A stretch of 64,000 nt of DNA, taken from positions 6,065 through 70,064 of the forward strand of contig CAYZJE010000017.1 of the NCBI GenBank assembly GCA_964478485.1. Direction: 5' to 3'. Shown here piece after piece: positions 59,035 through 64,000 of the stretch. The notes beneath the pieces are model-generated. The model did not search any database and was not told where the DNA came from. It saw nothing but the letters and a program-made list of their open reading frames with translations. This stretch comes from an uncultured Syntrophobacter sp. (GTDB lineage: Bacteria > Desulfobacterota > Binatia > UBA9968). The first letter of the stretch is position 1, and every line of letters starts with the position of its first letter. A program made the position numbers and the translations under genes.

Positions 59035-59243
59035 CCGAAGTGGCGGCGGTAGCGGCTTGGGCGCGCGTCGAATTCGCAGCGTCCGAGCCTAGCCCTTTTC
59101 ATCCAAGGCCGGATTGGCTTGGCCCAAGATCGTCAATGATGACGAGATTCACCAATATCTATAAGTTGGGGATTTTTTTCTTGCGTGGTACTAGGCCCTG
59201 TGGTATAGAATCCGACTTAAGTTGACGAGGAGATTGTACTCAA

Positions 59244-59615
59244 ATGTACGATGATTTCTTAGCAAGGATTCTAGAACCGGATATTTTTCTACCCTCGCAG
59301 TTTTACGGCTCGGGCGGGCTGTCGCGCAGGCTTGAGGGCGAAAAGCGGCTGATGATCGCGATACTCAAGGACGCGGTCGAGTGTTTGGAAAAATATCGCG
59401 ACGCGAGCAATGGACTAGGCCGCATCCAGTATCAAAACGCCATCGAATGGGTCGAGGATACCGGCACGGAATGGCTGTTTTCGTTCACTAACATCTGCGA
59501 TTTGTTGGGATTCGATCCGCATTATATGCGTGAAGTGCTGCTCAAACGAGAGAACCGATACATCAAGCCAGCGCGCACCCGAACGGTTTCCTTCGCCGCG
59601 ATGATGGCGCAATAA
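59244..59615 (+). CDS. conserved hypothetical protein; paralog of 40212-40667
   Basis: see 40212-40667; 123 aa. Confidence 0.5.
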   Translation: MYDDFLARILEPDIFLPSQFYGSGGLSRRLEGEKRLMIAILKDAVECLEKYRDASNGLGRIQYQNAIEWVEDTGTEWLFSFTNICDLLGFDPHYMREVLLKRENRYIKPARTRTVSFAAMMAQ

Positions 59616-59621
59616 TAATCG

Positions 59622-59723
59622 CAGACACTTCGCGGACGGGGCGTTGACCCCGTAGTTGACCAAAGGGGATGCTCGCCCCCTTTGGAAACCCCATTTAACG
59701 GTTCCCCGCTGCGACCAGCGGGG
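59622..59723 (+). repeat. copy E of the three-hairpin intergenic repeat, with a variant third hairpin
   Basis: CAGACACTTCGCGGACGGGGCGTTGACCCCGTAG..CAAAGGGGATGCTCGCCCCCTTTGGAAACCCCATTTAACGGTTCCCCGCTGCGACCAGCGGGG. Confidence 0.85.
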
Positions 59724-59739
59724 CCGACGTAGAGTAGGG

Positions 59740-61161
59740 CTATCTCGTTCTACTTTTTAAGGCTTTTAGCTCTTCGCTGATCACTTGCCCACGCGGGGTG
59801 TTGGCGCCGCTGAACTTGAGCGCCCGTTCAAAATCGGCAATCGCTCTTTCATCCTCGTCCTGCAGTAGATTCGCCCGGCCGAGATAATAGTAGCCATCGC
59901 CGAGCCGGTCGAGCTTGCCATAAACAAGGCCGAGCCGATACGGTGGCCGATCCCAAAGCGGAGCGACGTTTTGTGCGTTCAGATAAGCCCCCGCCGCGCC
60001 CCGCAGGTCGCCGGATTTCTCCAGCATCTCCCCAAGATAGAGAAATGTTAGCGGCTCGTTGGGGTCAAGGGCGATGGCCCGATCGAACGCCGCCCGCGCG
60101 GCGGCAAAATCATTTGCCTGGGTGAACAACTGGCCAAGATCTCTGTGCAATGCCGGATAATCCGGTCTTAATTGCCGCGCCCGCTCGTAATTCCGTTGGG
60201 CCGTGGGTAAATCGCCGGCGAGCTGCTGAGCGAAGGCTAGTAAGTGAAGCAGTTCGGCGTTCTTTGGACTCTGCTGAACGAGTTTCTCATACTCGCTGAC
60301 GATGTTGTCTTGGACGGCGCGATCCAAGCGGAGAATGATCTGGACTTTTTTCAAAGCCACCGGATCGTCAGGCCGCGGTTGCGTCGGTCCGAGAGACTTG
60401 ACGACCAGCTCGGCGTTAGCGACCCGCTCTTGGGTGATCGGATGACTTAAGATGTAGGCCGGCACATCGATCGGATTGAGCGCTCGCTCTTGCTCCATGG
60501 TTTTCAGAAATCCGATGGTGCCCTTGGGATCGAAGCCCGCCGCCACCATATATCTCACGCCGAGCGTATCGGATTCCAATTCCAGCTGTCGGCTATAGGA
60601 GGCCTGGCGCGTCGCCGCCACGGCTTGACCGATCATCCCCACGGCTTGAGCGCCGCTGCCGCTGCGTGCCAAGAGCGCCATACTCAAAAGGCTTAAGAGC
60701 GAGATGGCGTCGGGTCCGGACGAGCGCGCCATATGCCGGCCTTTGACATGGACGATTTCATGGCCAAGCACGCCGGCTAATTCATCAGTGGTCTTGGCAC
60801 GCTCGATTAGACCCGTGAAGATGTAAATAGATCCGCCAGGGACGGCAAAGGCGTTGAGCTGGTTTTCTTCGATGACAAAAAAACGATAGTCGAAAGACAG
60901 CGGCCCAGTGGCGGCGAGAATGCGCCGGCCGATGCGGTCGACGTATCGCTCGACTTCCGGATTATTAGAAAATTTAAATTGCTTCTTGGCCTCGCGGCGA
61001 AATTCGCGGCTGATTCGTGTTTCCTCATCTTCGCTGGGCGGACCGATCGAAGGGATGCTCGGCAGCGCAAAGGAACTACAGCCGGTCATGAGTAATGAAA
61101 CTATTACCACCGACGCACAATGCGCTTGCCATGGGCGGCGCGCGGTAGCTAGGCGAGTCAT
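59740..61161 (-). CDS. M48-family zinc metallopeptidase with C-terminal TPR repeats (BepA-like), lipoprotein (start taken at MTRLATARR)
   Basis: HEIVH zinc motif in VLGHEIVHVKGRHMA; lipobox-like LLMTGCSS; TPR-like repeats in the C-terminal half. Confidence 0.8.
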   Translation of the reverse strand: MTRLATARRPWQAHCASVVIVSLLMTGCSSFALPSIPSIGPPSEDEETRISREFRREAKKQFKFSNNPEVERYVDRIGRRILAATGPLSFDYRFFVIEENQLNAFAVPGGSIYIFTGLIERAKTTDELAGVLGHEIVHVKGRHMARSSGPDAISLLSLLSMALLARSGSGAQAVGMIGQAVAATRQASYSRQLELESDTLGVRYMVAAGFDPKGTIGFLKTMEQERALNPIDVPAYILSHPITQERVANAELVVKSLGPTQPRPDDPVALKKVQIILRLDRAVQDNIVSEYEKLVQQSPKNAELLHLLAFAQQLAGDLPTAQRNYERARQLRPDYPALHRDLGQLFTQANDFAAARAAFDRAIALDPNEPLTFLYLGEMLEKSGDLRGAAGAYLNAQNVAPLWDRPPYRLGLVYGKLDRLGDGYYYLGRANLLQDEDERAIADFERALKFSGANTPRGQVISEELKALKSRTR

Positions 61162-61293
61162 TGAGGAATTATAGAGAGTCGAGTGGGCCCATTCAATACT
61201 GATGCTCGGCGACGGTGGTTTCCGGGTTGACGGCAGTTGACGACCGCGAGCTGAGTCCCTATTCTCTGCGCTAGTAACAACCGTGAGGCATGG

Positions 61294-63744
61294 GTGATGA
61301 CGACAAAATTTGAAGTTCCGGCCGACAAACTGACCTGGCACTGCGATCTATCCTTCTTGCCATTTACTTGCACGGCGGAGATGACACCGCTGGAAGATTT
61401 TATCGGCCAAGACCGCGCTATCCGCGCCATCGAATTCGGCCTCGGCGTCAACCGGCCCGGCTTCAACATCTTCGTCACCGGCCTGACCGGCACGGGCAAG
61501 ACCAGCATCATTAAGGCGTTCTTGAAAAAAATTACCAGCGACCGGGGCATTCTGCCGGCCGATGCGCCGTCGCCGGAGGATTGGTGTTACGTTTACAATT
61601 TTAGCGACGCCGACCGGCCGCAAGCGCTCAAGATTCGCCGGGGTTGGGGCAAGCGACTCAAGGCGGATATGGAGCAGTTGGTGCAGAATCTCCAGCGCGA
61701 AGCGAAAAAAATGTTTGAGAGCGACGACTACGCGCACCAACGCCAGGGGATGATCGAACAGATCCAGAAACGCCAGCAAGAGATGATGGAAGGGTTGATG
61801 GAAGAAGCTCGCCAAGTTGGCTTCGCTCTGCGCATGACTCCGTCCGGCATCGTGTTGCTGCCGACCAAAGACGGCAAGCCGATGCAGGAGGCGGATTATC
61901 TCGCGCTGTCGAGCACGGAAAAACGGCGATTGGAGGAACAACGCGGCGCGATCGAAAAGAAGGTCGAAGATACCCTGCGCGAAGGTAAAAAACTCGAACG
62001 GGAAATCGCCGAAAAGCTGGAATCGGCGGAAACCCAGGCGGCGGATTATTTGGTGCGCACTCCGCTGGCCGACTTGAAAGAAAAATATCAAGACTACCCC
62101 AAGGTGGTCGGCTATCTCGACGGTGTACGCGATCACATCATCAAAAACCTGCAACGTTTCAAAGGTGGCGACGCTTCCACGGCGATGGGTTCCATGCCCG
62201 GCATGCAATTTGGTGAACCGCCCGGCGATCCCTTTCTGCCGTACCGCGTCAACGTGTTTGTCGATAACAGCGACAGCCAGGGCGCGCCGATCATCGTCGA
62301 AACCAATCCCACCTTTCACAATCTTTTTGGTGTGATCGAGAAAAAGCCCATCATGGGAGGTTACATCACTGACTTCACGCTGGTTAAAGCCGGTTCCATT
62401 AGCCGAGCCAACGGCGGTTACTTGGTTCTTTATGACCGGGAAGTGCTGGCCAATTCCGGGGTCTGGGAAGCGTTACAAAGGGTGATCAAAAACCGCGAGC
62501 TGAGAATTGAGGAGCCGAGCGCCTTCTTCGGATTCGTACCGCCGCAGGGACTTCGCCCGGAACCGATCCCGACCGATACCAAGGTGATCATGATCGGCGA
62601 TCCTTCTCTGTATCGGACGCTGGCAACTTTGGACCCCGATTTCCGTGAGACCTTCAAGGTCAAAGCCGATTTCAATTTCGAAATCGACCGGTCGCAAGAG
62701 AACATCACGGCGTTCGCCTGTTTCATCAGTGACTATTGCAAGCGCGAAGGGATGCGCCACTTCGATAGCGAGGGCGTCGCGCGGGTCATCGAACAGTGCG
62801 CCCGGCAGGTCGAAGACCAAAACAAACTGTCGACCCGATTCAGCGACATGGTCGATCTCTTAATCGAGTCCGACTATTGGGCTGAAAAGGATCACGCGGA
62901 GCTGGTTTCAGGAAAGCATGTCGAGCGCGCCATCGTCGAGAAGATTTTTCGCTTGAACCTGATTGAAAAGCGGCTGCAAGAATTGATCGCCGAAGGCACC
63001 GTGTTAGTCGATGTCGACGGCGCGGCGGTCGGCCAGGTGAACGGGTTAGCCGTTTATCAGATGGGCGATTTCAGTTTCGGCAAGCCGTCGCGCATCACGG
63101 CGAAGACATTCATGGGGCGGGGCGGCATCGTCAACATCGAGCGCGAGTCGAAGCTGAGCGGCAAGAGTCACGACAAAGGCGTGCTGATTCTCGGCGGCTA
63201 CCTGGGCGGCAAGTACGCCCAGCAGAGCCCGCTCTCGTTATCGACGAGCGTATGCTTCGAGCAATCTTATGACGGCGTCGACGGCGACAGCGCGTCATCG
63301 ACCGAGCTCTACGCGATTGTTTCAAGCCTTGCGGAAATTCCCATCAAGCAAGGCATCGCGGTCACCGGTTCAGTTAACCAGAACGGCGAAGTTCAAGCCA
63401 TCGGTGGGGTCAATTACAAGATCGAGGGCCACTACGATGTTTGCCGTCTCAAGGGATTCGCAGACGGGCAAGGCGTGATGATTCCTAGAGCCAACGTGCA
63501 TAATTTAATGCTGCGCGCCGATGTTGTCGACGCGGTGAAAGCTGGCAGGTTCCGCATTTACGCGGTAAGCACGATCGACGAGGGGATCGAGGTCTTGACC
63601 GGCGTCAGTGCCGGGGTGCGCAACGGCGACGGCAGTTACCCGGAGGGCTCGGTCAATGACCGAGTGCAGAAGAAACTACAGCTCTTCGCGGAGCAACAAA
63701 AAAAATTAGCGGCGCCGGGTAATTCGAGGGATGACGACCCGTGA
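61294..63744 (+). CDS. Lon-like ATP-dependent protease (AAA+ plus S16 domain, COG1067-type with coiled-coil insertion)
   Basis: Walker A GLTGTGKTS; S16 proteolytic-domain block GVDGDSASSTELYAIVSSLAEIPIKQGIAVTGSVNQNGEVQAIGGV with catalytic Ser and downstream Lys. Confidence 0.85.
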   Translation: MMTTKFEVPADKLTWHCDLSFLPFTCTAEMTPLEDFIGQDRAIRAIEFGLGVNRPGFNIFVTGLTGTGKTSIIKAFLKKITSDRGILPADAPSPEDWCYVYNFSDADRPQALKIRRGWGKRLKADMEQLVQNLQREAKKMFESDDYAHQRQGMIEQIQKRQQEMMEGLMEEARQVGFALRMTPSGIVLLPTKDGKPMQEADYLALSSTEKRRLEEQRGAIEKKVEDTLREGKKLEREIAEKLESAETQAADYLVRTPLADLKEKYQDYPKVVGYLDGVRDHIIKNLQRFKGGDASTAMGSMPGMQFGEPPGDPFLPYRVNVFVDNSDSQGAPIIVETNPTFHNLFGVIEKKPIMGGYITDFTLVKAGSISRANGGYLVLYDREVLANSGVWEALQRVIKNRELRIEEPSAFFGFVPPQGLRPEPIPTDTKVIMIGDPSLYRTLATLDPDFRETFKVKADFNFEIDRSQENITAFACFISDYCKREGMRHFDSEGVARVIEQCARQVEDQNKLSTRFSDMVDLLIESDYWAEKDHAELVSGKHVERAIVEKIFRLNLIEKRLQELIAEGTVLVDVDGAAVGQVNGLAVYQMGDFSFGKPSRITAKTFMGRGGIVNIERESKLSGKSHDKGVLILGGYLGGKYAQQSPLSLSTSVCFEQSYDGVDGDSASSTELYAIVSSLAEIPIKQGIAVTGSVNQNGEVQAIGGVNYKIEGHYDVCRLKGFADGQGVMIPRANVHNLMLRADVVDAVKAGRFRIYAVSTIDEGIEVLTGVSAGVRNGDGSYPEGSVNDRVQKKLQLFAEQQKKLAAPGNSRDDDP

Positions 63745-63786
63745 GAGATTAGATTCTTGCTTTTTGGCTGTTGAAGAAAACAACTT

Positions 63787-64000
63787 CAAGAATTTTCCTC
63801 GCGCCAAGCAAACCCTAATCAAAATCCCAAATTCGAAATCCGAAATTCGAAACAAACTCAAATGATCAAAAAACTACAATGTTCCAAACAGAAAGAATCG
63901 GATTCGGCGTTTTGGATTTGCCGAGTTTGAGATTTATTTGGCTTCGAGTTTGTTTCGAATTTCGATATTCGGATTTCGGATTTGCCGCTTTGTCTTTGCG
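63787..64000. repeat. AT-rich inverted-repeat element with tandem CGAAATY heptamers at the window edge
   Basis: AAATCCCAAATTCGAAATCCGAAATTCGAAACAAACTC ...(95 nt)... GAGTTTGTTTCGAATTTCGATATTCGGATTTCGGATTTG; low GC relative to the rest of the window. Confidence 0.6.

Noticed and set aside
61294-63744. Lon-like protease as a BREX BrxL-type defence component
   Set aside because: No pglZ, brxC, methyltransferase or other BREX genes are nearby. The neighbour is a BepA-like M48 peptidase, and the architecture fits housekeeping COG1067 Lon-like proteases.

Overview
This is a high-GC (about 60 %) bacterial chromosomal segment. It is densely coding, and no rRNA or CRISPR array was seen. Everything below is read from the sequence and recalled motifs; no searches were run, and coordinates of refined starts may be off by 1-2 nt.

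Recognisable content in order:
- An Fbp/Pot-type ABC importer (permease, binding protein, ATPase; 329-4360, minus strand).
- An aromatic-acid catabolism neighbourhood (5181-21479). It contains a PhtD-like protein, a LigAB-type extradiol dioxygenase with a very short LigA, a Rieske oxygenase, a HIBADH-type dehydrogenase, an FAH-family hydrolase and an amidohydrolase-2 enzyme. Several NMT1/SsuA-like binding proteins lie among them, including a mirror-image duplicated pair of two-gene modules (7420-11838).
- tRNA-Thr(CGU) at 16238-16313, minus strand.
- A TPP riboswitch (about 18300-18425, minus strand) in front of thiS-thiG-thiE and a small membrane protein.
- holA, a secreted PLD/Nuc-like nuclease, a DacA-SPOR carboxypeptidase, and a MarR regulator divergent from an MBL hydrolase.
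- A likely DHAP-shunt cluster for MTA/5'-deoxyadenosine salvage (28751-32036): nucleoside phosphorylase, MtnA with an extra degenerate half-domain, and a class II aldolase fused to an SCP2 domain. It is flanked by a CCG-domain Fe-S protein, an acyl-CoA synthetase and a PPTase.
- HtrA, CrcB, a RibB-GCHII fusion lacking the zinc cysteines, PanE, MoxR, MltG, GlgP-like phosphorylase, a NUDIX protein, a Phd/RelE-type TA pair next to a pepF remnant, a BepA-like M48 peptidase and a Lon-like protease.

Features that look new:
- A roughly 115-bp intergenic repeat with three conserved hairpins, present five times across about 40 kb.
- A MITE-like element with terminal inverted repeats and a target-site duplication, and AT-rich heptamer inverted-repeat elements at three sites.
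- Two paralogous small proteins of unknown function.
- Two tandem membrane-anchored paralogs with an M15/LAS-like zinc motif.
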